From: an uncultured Acidobacteriota bacterium
GTDB lineage: Bacteria; Acidobacteriota; Thermoanaerobaculia; Multivoradales; UBA5704
Length of the DNA: 64,000 nt
NCBI GenBank assembly: GCA_963770895.1
Contig: CAVYRF010000002.1
Location: 2,816,001 to 2,880,000, forward strand
Direction: 5' to 3'
In this document: positions 22,100-31,252 of the stretch, one piece after another
How the letters are laid out: each line of letters opens with the position of its first letter
Position numbering within the stretch: position 1 is the stretch's first letter
Translations under genes and position numbers: made by a program
The notes under the pieces: model-generated
The model's database searches: none
The model's input: only the letters and a program-made list of their open reading frames with translations
What the model was told of the DNA's origin: nothing

Positions 22100-22419
22100 G
22101 GGGAGACTCCTTTTTCAGTCGCCAAGCCGGGCGGCGCGTGGCAGGCGCAGCGCGCGGGCCGCTTCCGGCCCACGCCGGGAGCGGGGGCCGGGTGGCGGCC
22201 AGCGGTGGCAGCGCGGCAAGCCGAGGCAGCGCGGCTGTGTTTTGACTCGCATCGGTCGCATGGATCACACCGGGCGCATCATATAGATGCAACGAGCTTT
22301 GCGGGCGGGATGCCAGGGCTATCGCCGCGGCTTTGCAAAAAGCACATCGCCATCATAGCACGCAGGGGAAGGCGTCCCGCCGCGCCGCGGTAGGAGCGCC
22401 AGGCAGGGTATGATGGCCG

Positions 22420-22689
22420 GTGATGGGCATTCCCGGCGGCAGCGCCTACGCCATGAGCCGCGACATCGCTGGAGGCTTCACCCTGGTGACGGAGCGCTCG
22501 TTCCGCGCCCTGACTCCGGCTGACCTGGACAAGCTGACCTTCGAAATGGACCGCCACATGCGTGAGCTGCGCGGCGAACAGGCCGCAACCGAAGACATCC
22601 CCGCCATCCAGCAGCGCAATCGCCGCATCCAGCGTCTCAACCAGGCGATGGTGGTGCTGCGCAGCTTCCGCCAGCGGCAGAAGGTCTGA
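22420..22689 (+). CDS. Small helical hypothetical protein (~88 aa)
   Basis: Coding-like codon usage, TATGAT just upstream; first gene of the run into the CPBP gene. Confidence 0.7.
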   Translation: MMGIPGGSAYAMSRDIAGGFTLVTERSFRALTPADLDKLTFEMDRHMRELRGEQAATEDIPAIQQRNRRIQRLNQAMVVLRSFRQRQKV

Positions 22690-22703
22690 AGGCCCGCCTG
22701 CCG

Positions 22704-23999
22704 ATGGAGGTTCCCGCCGGTTCCCAAGGCGTCCGCGGCGGCGCCCTCGTCTTGATCGCCCTGGCCGCGCTGGGGTCGCTGGCCATGCTGGCCGTCCTGG
22801 GCATGACGGGCGCCGTCCTGGTCCTGCGCACGTTCGGACCGCTCGCCGGGGCGGTGGCGGCGGCCTGGACGCTCGACCACATGTGCCGGCAGCGGGGCCT
22901 GATGCCGCCCGGCTTCCGCCACCCGTGGCGGCGCCTCGCCGCGTCGCTGGTGGTGACGTGCATCCTGTGGATCGCCATCTTCGAGCCCCTGGGCAGCGTC
23001 GGGCTGGAAGTGAAGATGGACCTGTCCACCATCCACACGGCGCAGCTGTTCCTGCTGCACATCCTGATGTCGATTGCCGTCGTCGCCTGGTTCCTGCTCG
23101 GCTTCGCCTTCGTGCGTCCCGCCCCGGCCGCGCCGCCGCCCGACCCCGGCCAACCGGCGCCGGGCGGCCTGCCGGCCACCGGCGGATGGGGCGAGCCCGA
23201 ATCGCTCGTCGTGCCGTCGCCCGCTGCGCCCCAGATCGCGTCGGATGCGGCTCTGACCGTGCCGGCAGTCGCCCCGATCGCGCTCCTGGCCGAGCCGGTC
23301 GCCACCTCGACCGCGCGGATGGACGCGCTGGAATCGGTCCCCTCCGTGGCGGGCGCCGATCAGGACGACCTTGCCTTGCAGCGGGCGGAGGCGCCGGAGC
23401 CGCCGCCGTTTGCCCTGCCGGTATCGTCGCCATTGCCGCTATTGCCGCCGGCGCCGTCGGCGCCGCCGGTAGTGGTGCCGGCGCCCGCGCCGCGGCCGCG
23501 GTTTTTGCGCCAGGTGGCGGCGCAGCTGGGGCTGCTGGCGGCCAGCATCCGGCGCGAAGTCGGCATCGGCATGCTGCTGGGCCTGGGGGCCTGGGCGGCG
23601 GTGCTGCTCACCCTGCTGGTGGTCGCCGTGGTGCTGTCGGCGCTGGGCGGCGAGGGGGCCCTGCCCAAGCCGTCGGCGATCCTGCCCTGGATCGCGGCGC
23701 TGCCGATCGTGGTGCGCATCCTGGTCAGCCTGTCGGCGGGTTTCGTCGAGGAGATCTTCTTTCGCGGCTTCCTGCAGCCCCGCGTCGGCATCACCCTTTC
23801 GACGGCCTTCTTCGTGCTGGCGCACGTGTCCTACGGGCAGCCGTTCATGCTGCTGGGCATCACCCTGCTGTCGCTGATCTTCGCCTTCCTGGTGCGCTGG
23901 CGGCAGACCATCTGGCCCGCCATCGCGGCGCACGCCCTGTTCGACGGCGTGCAGCTGCTGCTGATCATCCCCGCCTTGCGCCGGGTGATCCCCAGCTGA
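22704..23999 (+). CDS. CPBP (Abi/CAAX protease) family intramembrane metalloprotease with Pro-rich insertion
   Basis: EEIFFRG, FVLAH, AHALFD motifs; multiple TM helices. Confidence 0.88.
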   Translation: MEVPAGSQGVRGGALVLIALAALGSLAMLAVLGMTGAVLVLRTFGPLAGAVAAAWTLDHMCRQRGLMPPGFRHPWRRLAASLVVTCILWIAIFEPLGSVGLEVKMDLSTIHTAQLFLLHILMSIAVVAWFLLGFAFVRPAPAAPPPDPGQPAPGGLPATGGWGEPESLVVPSPAAPQIASDAALTVPAVAPIALLAEPVATSTARMDALESVPSVAGADQDDLALQRAEAPEPPPFALPVSSPLPLLPPAPSAPPVVVPAPAPRPRFLRQVAAQLGLLAASIRREVGIGMLLGLGAWAAVLLTLLVVAVVLSALGGEGALPKPSAILPWIAALPIVVRILVSLSAGFVEEIFFRGFLQPRVGITLSTAFFVLAHVSYGQPFMLLGITLLSLIFAFLVRWRQTIWPAIAAHALFDGVQLLLIIPALRRVIPS

Positions 24000-24076
24000 C
24001 GGTTGGCGCGGTCGGCAGCAGGGTCACCGGCAGCTGCGCCTATCTGGTAGACTCCCGCCTCAGAGGGCTCCCCGCA

Positions 24077-24526
24077 ATGTCAGACGAACAGAGTTTCCAT
24101 CTGACGATCGGGAGCCGCTTTGAAAACATCGAGCTGGTTCAGCTCATTTTGAAGGGCTCTCTCGATCAGCTCGGTCTGGACGACGACAACCGCCACTGGA
24201 TCGACGTTGCCGTCCGCGAAGCGGTGGCCAACGCGATCAAGCACGGCAATCAGGAAGACCCCGCCAAGCAGGTCGTGATCGACATGACGATCGAAAACGA
24301 CACCATGGTGATCCGGGTCGAAGACGAGGGCATCGGGTTCGACCCCTCCCGTCTGGACGATCCGCTGGCACCGGAAAACCTGCTCAAGCCGAACGGCCGC
24401 GGGATCTTCTACATGAAAAGCTTCATGGACGACATCCAATACGGCGTCCGCCCGGGAGGCGGCACGCTGGTGACGCTGCGCAAGCGGCTCACCAGGTCCG
24501 AACGTGAACGTGAACGTGGAGCGTGA
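24077..24526 (+). CDS. rsbW: Anti-sigma factor / Ser kinase (RsbW-like HATPase_c_2)
   Basis: EAVANAIKHGN, DEGIGFD, GRGIFYM..FMD; TGGTAGACT at 24045-24053. Confidence 0.88.
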   Translation: MSDEQSFHLTIGSRFENIELVQLILKGSLDQLGLDDDNRHWIDVAVREAVANAIKHGNQEDPAKQVVIDMTIENDTMVIRVEDEGIGFDPSRLDDPLAPENLLKPNGRGIFYMKSFMDDIQYGVRPGGGTLVTLRKRLTRSERERERGA

Positions 24527-24542
24527 ATAGGAGAGGCAAGAG

Positions 24543-24878
24543 ATGAAAATCAACGTGCGTAAGCGGAACGACGTCACGATCCTGGACCTGCAGGGCAAGA
24601 TCACCATCGGCGTCGGTGACGTCGCCGTGCGCAACGCGGTGCAGGAAGCGTTGGGCGCCGGCGCCTCCAATCTCATCATCAACATGAAGGACGTCACCAC
24701 CATCGATTCCTCGGGGGTCGGCGAGCTGGTCAGCTCCTACACCACCGCCATCAACCGCGGCGCCAAGCTGCGGCTGGAAAACCTTCCCGCCAAGGTCTCC
24801 GACATCCTGCACATCACCCAGCTGATCACCGTCTTCGACATCTACGACACCGAAGAAGAAGCCCTGGCCTCGTTCTAG
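24543..24878 (+). CDS. rsbV: STAS-domain anti-anti-sigma factor (RsbV-like)
   Basis: ILDLQGKI, IDSSGVGELV (phospho-Ser), ITQLITVF. Confidence 0.9.
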   Translation: MKINVRKRNDVTILDLQGKITIGVGDVAVRNAVQEALGAGASNLIINMKDVTTIDSSGVGELVSSYTTAINRGAKLRLENLPAKVSDILHITQLITVFDIYDTEEEALASF

Positions 24879-24911
24879 GGTGGCGTCCTCCAGCACCCCT
24901 TTCTGATCCGC

Positions 24912-25889
24912 GTGGCGAGAGCGGCGTCAGGCCAAGGCCACGGGACCGATGCAGCGGGGCGGACCGCGGCCGCGCCGCCGGGCGCCGCGCCCGCCGCCGC
25001 GCAGGCGGCGCTCGCCGGCGGCCTGGCGGCGCTCGCCGAGCGGGTCGACCGGCGGCTGCCGCAGCTGCTGCCGCCGCCGGAGCAGCGCCCCGAACCGGTG
25101 CACCGGGCAATGCACTACGCCTTGACCGGCGCCGGCAAGCGCGTGCGCCCGGTCCTCACCCTGGTGGTGGCGGAGCTGTTCGGTGCCCGTCCGGACGCCG
25201 TGCTCGACCTGGCCTGCGCGGTCGAGATGGTCCACGCCTGCTCGCTGGTCCTGGACGACCTGCCTTCGATGGACGATGCGGCGCTGCGTCGCGGCCGTCC
25301 CACCGTGCACCGGGCGTTCGGCGAAAACGTCGCGCTGCTCGCGGCGCTGGCCCTGCTCAACCGCGCCTACGCGCTGGTGGCCGAAAGCGCGCACCACCTG
25401 TCTCTCAAGCGCTATGCGAGCGAAGACATGGTGCACCACCTGGCGGCGGCCATCGGCAGCGAAGGGCTGATCGGCGGCCAGGCCCTGGACCTGCTGTCCT
25501 CCCCCGGCGACCTCGACCTGGAGGTGCTGGAGTTCATCCACAGCCACAAGACAGGGGCGCTCTTCATGGCCGCGGGGGAGCTCGGCGCCATGGCTGCCGA
25601 CGCGCGCCGCCGCGACCTGGCCCTGGTCGCCCGCTTCGCCAAGAATCTGGGACTGGCCTTCCAGATCTCCGACGACCTGCTGGACGTGCTGGGGTCCACG
25701 GAATCCACCGGCAAGGACGTCCACCGCGACGCCGCCAAGGTCACCTTCGTCAAGCTCCTGGGCCTGGACGGCGCCCAGGCCCTGGCCGCCGAGCTGCTGG
25801 GCTTCGCCGTCCAGTCGCTCGACCCGCTGGGCCGCAAGGGCGACCCGCTGCGCGCCCTCGCCCACTTCGTCCAGCACCGCACGCGCTAA
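24912..25889 (+). CDS. Polyprenyl (farnesyl/geranylgeranyl) diphosphate synthase
   Basis: GKRVRP, SLVLDDLPSMDD...RRG, GQALDL, KTGAL, FQISDDLLD. Confidence 0.92.
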   Translation: MARAASGQGHGTDAAGRTAAAPPGAAPAAAQAALAGGLAALAERVDRRLPQLLPPPEQRPEPVHRAMHYALTGAGKRVRPVLTLVVAELFGARPDAVLDLACAVEMVHACSLVLDDLPSMDDAALRRGRPTVHRAFGENVALLAALALLNRAYALVAESAHHLSLKRYASEDMVHHLAAAIGSEGLIGGQALDLLSSPGDLDLEVLEFIHSHKTGALFMAAGELGAMAADARRRDLALVARFAKNLGLAFQISDDLLDVLGSTESTGKDVHRDAAKVTFVKLLGLDGAQALAAELLGFAVQSLDPLGRKGDPLRALAHFVQHRTR

Positions 25890-26202
25890 GGCGGTGCCCG
25901 CGGCCCGACCTTGACCCGGGCTTTGATCTGGACATTCGGCTGGTCCCAGGCGGCCACTCCTGTTCTCCCTTACCCCTGAGTCCTCGCGCCTCTTTCCCTA
26001 GCCTTCGTCCCCGCCCGCTTCGGTCCGCATCCCCGCTTCCCGGTCTCCCCTCTTTTGGCCGCCGCCGGGTCTAAACCTCTGTCGGGGAAGGGGTGGGCGG
26101 CGGCTTGTGGGATTTGGTCGGAGCCGGGAATTTCCCGGATTGTGCCAACAGTTGAGTAGGTAGTTACGGGCGGTAACCGCCCGGGCGCCGCTGTAGACCA
26201 GA

Positions 26203-27255
26203 ATGGGAGACACGAACGTGCGCAGGGCTTGCCTGCTTGTGCGAGGTGTGTGCGGTTGGCTGGTTGGAGTGGTCGGGTTGCTGGTGCTGGTGGGGTTGAG
26301 CAGCTCGGCGACCAGGTTGGAAGCGGCGCAGACGGGAGAGATCCGCGACTGCGCGCGGCTGTACGAAGGACGGACCTACGACGATGCGCGGCTGTGTTTT
26401 ACGGGCTACATCGCCGCGCATCCCAGCGACGCGGCGGCGGCGGCCAATCTGGGGCGCACCTACCTGGCGCAGCGCCAGGTGCCGCTGGCGCTCGACTGGC
26501 TGAAAAAGGCGGTGGCGCTGGACCCGCAGCGCTCGGACTATCACGACTGGCTGGGCCAGGCCTACGGCATTGCGGCCGAGCGCGGACCGGTCGTGCGGCA
26601 GTTCGGCCTGGCGGTCAAGGTGCGGCGGGAGTTCGAGCGCGCGGTGGCGCTGGATCCCGAAAACCTGGACGCCCGTGAAGACCTGATTCAGTTCCTCATC
26701 CAGGCGCCGACGTTCATCGGCGGCAGCTTCGAGCAGGCGCGCGCCCAGGCCGCGGAGCTGGCGCGCCGCGACCCGCTGCGCGGGCGCCTGGCCCGCGCCG
26801 AGATCGCCATGCGCCAGCTGCCGCCGCCGGCGGCGGAGCGCGAGGTGCAGGCGATGGCGGCGGACTTTCCCGGCGACGCGCGGCCGCGGCTGACCCTGGC
26901 CGACCTGTACGCCAAGACCGGCCGCGCCGACCAGGCGTTCGACGCCCTGGAGGCGGCGCTACGCATCGAGCCGATGAACGCCGACGCCCACTTTGCCTTC
27001 GCCCGCCTGGCCACTGCCTCGGGGCAGCGTCTGGACCGCGCCCAGGAGCTGCTGGGCGCCTACCTGGCGCACCTGCCGGCCGGCGACTGCGCCGATGAGG
27101 CCGACGCCCACTTCGAGCTGGCCAACCTGCTGCGCCGCAAGGGCGAGGTCGGCCGCGCCCGCGAGCAGCTGCAGGCCACGCTGCGCCTGGACCCCGGCCA
27201 GGGCGCCGCCCGCGAAGCCCTGCGCCGCCTGGACCGCACCGCCCCCGCACCGTAG
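26203..27255 (+). CDS. Secreted tetratricopeptide-repeat protein
   Basis: N-terminal hydrophobic signal; repeated A..LDP / YH.WLG / AHF.LA TPR patterns. Confidence 0.85.
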   Translation: MGDTNVRRACLLVRGVCGWLVGVVGLLVLVGLSSSATRLEAAQTGEIRDCARLYEGRTYDDARLCFTGYIAAHPSDAAAAANLGRTYLAQRQVPLALDWLKKAVALDPQRSDYHDWLGQAYGIAAERGPVVRQFGLAVKVRREFERAVALDPENLDAREDLIQFLIQAPTFIGGSFEQARAQAAELARRDPLRGRLARAEIAMRQLPPPAAEREVQAMAADFPGDARPRLTLADLYAKTGRADQAFDALEAALRIEPMNADAHFAFARLATASGQRLDRAQELLGAYLAHLPAGDCADEADAHFELANLLRRKGEVGRAREQLQATLRLDPGQGAAREALRRLDRTAPAP

Positions 27256-27256
27256 T

Positions 27257-27300
27257 AACCGCCGGCCCGCCCGCCCTCAAGGGTGGCGGGCGCGGCGGTT
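27257..27300 (+). terminator. GC-rich hairpin after the TPR gene
   Basis: AACCGCCG/CGGCGGTT and GCCCGCC/GGCGGGC arms; weak U-tract. Confidence 0.5.
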
Positions 27301-27711
27301 GACGTCAGCGTTTGCGCCTACAGCTAGGGCATCACATCTCTGCCGCAGGGCTCGCCCGACTTCTTGCAGTCGGGGAGCGTGGATCCGGTGAGGCCACCGG
27401 CAGCATGGCGCAGCTCGGCGCTCAGCAGAAGCAGCGTTTCCCGGCCAACCGTAAGGCGCTTGCAATTGCGGTTCGTACGCATGGGTCCACCTTTCTCGCG
27501 GAGCGGGCATTGCCCGCGTTGCCGCGAGTATGCTTGTTCAATGCAGCCCTTGCTATAGGTCGCGCTGGTATCGCGGGGCCTGTGTGCCGATGATCAGGGC
27601 CGGTTCCTCGACGCGCTTTGAAAGACCCGAAAGGAGCGTGGGCAACCCTCTGCGCCGGGCCGCTTTCTGAGGGGCGGCGATTTCGGGTATGTTTACCGCC
27701 CTTGCGAGGGC

Positions 27712-30700
27712 GTGGCGCCTATGTATAGTCCGATCCCCAAGATCCCTGACTTTCCGGCCATCGAGCGGTCGGTGCTGCGCTTCTGGGAAGAGCGCCAGAT
27801 CTGGCGCCAGCTGCGCGCGCGCAACGCCGGCGGCCGGCGCTGGTCGTTCCTGGACGGGCCGATCACCGCCAACAACCCGATGGGGGTCCACCACGCCTGG
27901 GGGCGCGCCTACAAGGACATGTTCCAGCGCTACCACGCGATGATGGGCTGCGATCAGCGGTACCAGAATGGTTTCGATTGCCAGGGGCTGTGGGTCGAAG
28001 TGGAAGTGGAAAAGGCGCTGGCCATCAGCGACCGGCGCCAGATCCTGCAGTACGGGATCGATCACTTTGTGCGCCGTTGCAAGGAGCGCGTGCTGACCTA
28101 TGCGGCGCGCCAGACCGAGCAGTCGATCCGTCTGGGCCACTGGTGCGATTGGGACGATCCGCGGACGCTGCGCGCGCTGTCCGAAGCGCTTGCCGACGGC
28201 CGCGAAGAGGTGACCGTGACGGTGCCCTCGGGCGAGCAGGTCACCGGTTCCCCCGAGCAGATCGTGGCGCGGCTGGGGTCGCCCGAATGGGGGGGCAGCT
28301 ACTTCACGCTGTCCGACGACAACAACTACACCATCTGGTCGTTCCTCAAGCGCTGCCACCAGGAGGGTTTCCTGTATCGCGGCACCGACGTGATGCCCTG
28401 GTGCGCGCGCTGCGGCACCGGCCTGTCGCAGATGGAGGTGGCCGAGGGGCGGCGGATCACCAGCCATGCCTCGGCGTTCGTGCGCTTCCCGCTGCGCGGC
28501 CGCGAGCGCGAGGCGCTGCTGGTGTGGACCACCACCCCCTGGACGCTGCCCGCCAACGTGGCGGTGGCGGTGAACCCAGAAATGACCTACCTCAAGGTGC
28601 GGCACGGCGACTGGGTGCTCTACCTGGGCAAGGACAACCTGGGGCGCGAGCGCCTGCAGCAGCTGGAGGCCGGCGGCCTGCGCGAATCGCACAAGCTGCA
28701 TTCGCTCAAGACGCTGCTCGAAGGCTCCGGCACCGTCGAGGTGCTGGGCGAGCTGCTGGGCGCGGACCTGGTGGGGCTGACCTACGACGGACCTTTTGAC
28801 GCGCTGCCGGCGCAGCAGCAGCCGGGTGGCCTCAACGCCTACGGTGCCGGTCCCGCCGAAGCGACCGCCGCCGCCAGCCATCGGGTGATCCCCTGGGGCG
28901 AGGTGAGCGGCGCCGAAGGCACCGGCCTGGTGCACATCGCGCCCGGCTGCGGCGCCGAGGACGCGGGGCTCGGCCGCGAGCACGATCTGCCGGTGATCGC
29001 GCCGCTTGCCGCCGACGGCACCTACCTGGAAGGGTTCGGCGACCTGTCGGGGCGGCCGGTGGCCGAGGTCGCCCCCGACATCCTCAAGGACCTCAAGGGG
29101 CGCGGCCTGCTGCTCGCCCGCGAAAGCTACCCGCACGTCTACCCGCACTGCTGGCGCTGCAAGCAGGAGCTGGTGTTCCGCCTGGTGGACGAGTGGTTCA
29201 TCGACATGTCGTGGCGCGACCGCATCCAGAAGGTGGTCGCCGGCGTGACCTGGATCCCGGCCGAGGGCGAGGCGCGCGAGCAGGACTGGCTGCGCAACAT
29301 GGGCGATTGGATGATCTCCAAGAAGCGCTTCTGGGGGCTCGCCCTGCCGATCTGGGTGTGCGGCGACTGCCAGGGCTTCGCCGTCGTCGGCAGCCGCGAA
29401 GAGCTGCGCAGCCTGGCGGTCGAGGGTTGGGAGGAGTTCGACGGCCACACCCCGCACCGCCCCTTCGTCGATCGCGTCAAGATCCGCTGCAGCGCCTGTG
29501 GCGGCGTCGCCAGCCGCGTCGAGGACGTCGGCAATCCCTGGCTGGACGCCGGCATCGTGCCGTTCAGCACCCTGCGCTACGACTCGGACCGCGAGTATTG
29601 GGCGCAGTGGTTCCCGGCGGATTTCATCGTCGAAAGCTTCCCCGGCCAGTTCCGCAACTGGTTCTACGCGCTGCTCGCGATGAGCACGATGATGGACGGC
29701 CGGTCGCCGTTCAAGGCCATGCTGGGCTATGCCTCGGTGCTGGACGCGCGCGGCCAGGAGATGCACAAGTCGGCTGGCAACGCGATCCTGTTCGACGACG
29801 CCGCCGAGGTGATCGGCGCCGAGCCGCTGCGCTATATGTATGCCGCCAAAAACCCGGTGCAGAACCTGTTCTTCCCCGACCTGGAAGACCGCGGCGACGC
29901 CGGCTCGCGGACGCTGGTCGAAGTGCGGCGGCGACTGCTGACGCTGTGGAACTGCTACAGCTTCTTTGTCACCTACGCCATGGTGGACGGATGGACGCCG
30001 GCGACCGCCGCCGCGGCTCCGCCCGCCGAGCTGGACCGCTGGATCCTGAGCCGCCTGCAGCGGCTGACCGCCGCGGCGCACCAGGCGTTCGGCGAGCTGG
30101 CGCTGTATCGCTTCATGGCGCAGGTCGAGCAGTTCGGCGACGAGCTGTCCAACTGGTACCTGCGGCGGTCGCGCCGCCGCTTCTGGGGGGCGGGCGTCGA
30201 CGCCGACAAGCAGGCCGCCTACCAGACCCTGTACGAAGTGCTGGTCACGCTGGTGCGGTTGCTGGCGCCGATCGTGCCCTTCCTGAGCGAGGAGATCTAT
30301 CGCAACCTGGTGGTGGCGGTGGCCGCGCCCGGCGCGGAGACTGCCGAATCGGTGCACCTGACCGCCTATCCGCAGGTGGACGCGGCGCGCATCGACCAGG
30401 AGCTGGAGCGCAAGTTCGACTGCGTGATCCGCGTGCGCGACCTGGCCCTGGCGTTGCGCGGCGAAGCCAAGGTCAAGGTGCGCCAGCCGCTCGGCCAGCT
30501 CATCGTGCGGCCGCGCGACGCCGCCGACCGCGCGGCGCTGGGCGAGGCCGGCCTGGTGCAGCAGATCCTGGACGAATGCAACATCAAGGGGCTGCAGCTG
30601 ATCGACGACGAGGCGACGCTGGTGAGCAGCAGCGTGCGGCCCAACTTCAAGGCGCTGGGTCCGCGCTACGGCCGCCAGATGAAGAAGATCGCGGAGGCAT

Positions 30701-31200
30701 TGTTGAAGGTCGACGCGCGCACGCTGGAAGAGGCGTTCGCGCGGGAGGGGCGCTATCGCTTCAGCCTGGAGGGTGCGGGGGACGGCGGCGCAGCCGAAGG
30801 CGACGTCGCGGGGGGGGCGGCGCCAGCCGTCGAGGTGCTGCCCGAGGACGTCGAGCTGGTGCGGTCCGGCCCCGCGCACCTGGTCTTCGCCTTCGACCAG
30901 GGGACCTTTGCCGCCCTGGACGTCACCGTGACCCCCGAGCTGGAGCGCGAGGGGATCGCGCGCGACTTCAACCGCCACGGCCAGGAGCAGCGCAAGGCGC
31001 TCGACCTGGACGTCGCCGACCGGGTGGTGGTGCGCTTTGCCGCCAGCGACCGGGTGCGCACCGCCGTCGCCGAGCACGAAGCCTATCTGCGCGACGAGCT
31101 GCTGGCCGACCGCATCGAAGCCGTCGCCACCCTGGAGGGTGGGGCGGCGGCCAAAATCGCCGGCGAAGCGGTGCTGCTGTCCATCCGCAAGAGCGCCTGA
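27712..31200 (+). CDS. ileS: Isoleucyl-tRNA synthetase, type 2, with non-canonical GVHH and EMHKS signatures
   Basis: FLDGPITANNPMGVHH, GFDCQGL, WTTTPWTLPAN, GTGLVHIAPG, YPHCWRC, SNWYLRRSRRRFW, C-terminal EG.ARD..R..QE.RK (IleRS2-type); alternative start ATG 27721. Confidence 0.95.
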   Translation: MAPMYSPIPKIPDFPAIERSVLRFWEERQIWRQLRARNAGGRRWSFLDGPITANNPMGVHHAWGRAYKDMFQRYHAMMGCDQRYQNGFDCQGLWVEVEVEKALAISDRRQILQYGIDHFVRRCKERVLTYAARQTEQSIRLGHWCDWDDPRTLRALSEALADGREEVTVTVPSGEQVTGSPEQIVARLGSPEWGGSYFTLSDDNNYTIWSFLKRCHQEGFLYRGTDVMPWCARCGTGLSQMEVAEGRRITSHASAFVRFPLRGREREALLVWTTTPWTLPANVAVAVNPEMTYLKVRHGDWVLYLGKDNLGRERLQQLEAGGLRESHKLHSLKTLLEGSGTVEVLGELLGADLVGLTYDGPFDALPAQQQPGGLNAYGAGPAEATAAASHRVIPWGEVSGAEGTGLVHIAPGCGAEDAGLGREHDLPVIAPLAADGTYLEGFGDLSGRPVAEVAPDILKDLKGRGLLLARESYPHVYPHCWRCKQELVFRLVDEWFIDMSWRDRIQKVVAGVTWIPAEGEAREQDWLRNMGDWMISKKRFWGLALPIWVCGDCQGFAVVGSREELRSLAVEGWEEFDGHTPHRPFVDRVKIRCSACGGVASRVEDVGNPWLDAGIVPFSTLRYDSDREYWAQWFPADFIVESFPGQFRNWFYALLAMSTMMDGRSPFKAMLGYASVLDARGQEMHKSAGNAILFDDAAEVIGAEPLRYMYAAKNPVQNLFFPDLEDRGDAGSRTLVEVRRRLLTLWNCYSFFVTYAMVDGWTPATAAAAPPAELDRWILSRLQRLTAAAHQAFGELALYRFMAQVEQFGDELSNWYLRRSRRRFWGAGVDADKQAAYQTLYEVLVTLVRLLAPIVPFLSEEIYRNLVVAVAAPGAETAESVHLTAYPQVDAARIDQELERKFDCVIRVRDLALALRGEAKVKVRQPLGQLIVRPRDAADRAALGEAGLVQQILDECNIKGLQLIDDEATLVSSSVRPNFKALGPRYGRQMKKIAEALLKVDARTLEEAFAREGRYRFSLEGAGDGGAAEGDVAGGAAPAVEVLPEDVELVRSGPAHLVFAFDQGTFAALDVTVTPELEREGIARDFNRHGQEQRKALDLDVADRVVVRFAASDRVRTAVAEHEAYLRDELLADRIEAVATLEGGAAAKIAGEAVLLSIRKSA

Positions 31201-31202
31201 GC

Positions 31203-31230
31203 CGCCAGGCGGCGCGCTGTCGCCCTGGCG
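31203..31230. terminator. Hairpin between convergent ileS and the beta-propeller gene
   Basis: CGCCAGG...CCTGGCG arms. Confidence 0.45.
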
Positions 31231-31252
31231 CCCTGCCGGTCCGCTCAGCTGT

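Noticed and set aside
24500-24517. GAACGT x3 at the rsbW 3' end
   Set aside because: It is a short in-frame microsatellite (ERERER) with no evident function.
26124-26182. Palindromes CCGGGAA-T-TTCCCGG and CGGGCGG-TAA-CCGCCCG upstream of the TPR gene
   Set aside because: They could be operators, but each is a single instance in GC-rich DNA with no assignable regulator.
27560-27712. T-box riboswitch upstream of ileS
   Set aside because: I could not find a GGTGGnACCGCG T-box or a recognisable specifier stem.
27553-31077. Very long antisense ORFs (1174 aa opposite ileS; likewise opposite glgX, dnaK, SpoIID and others)
   Set aside because: These are shadow frames expected from high GC3 codon bias. 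They have no family motifs, and the sense-strand genes are unambiguous.
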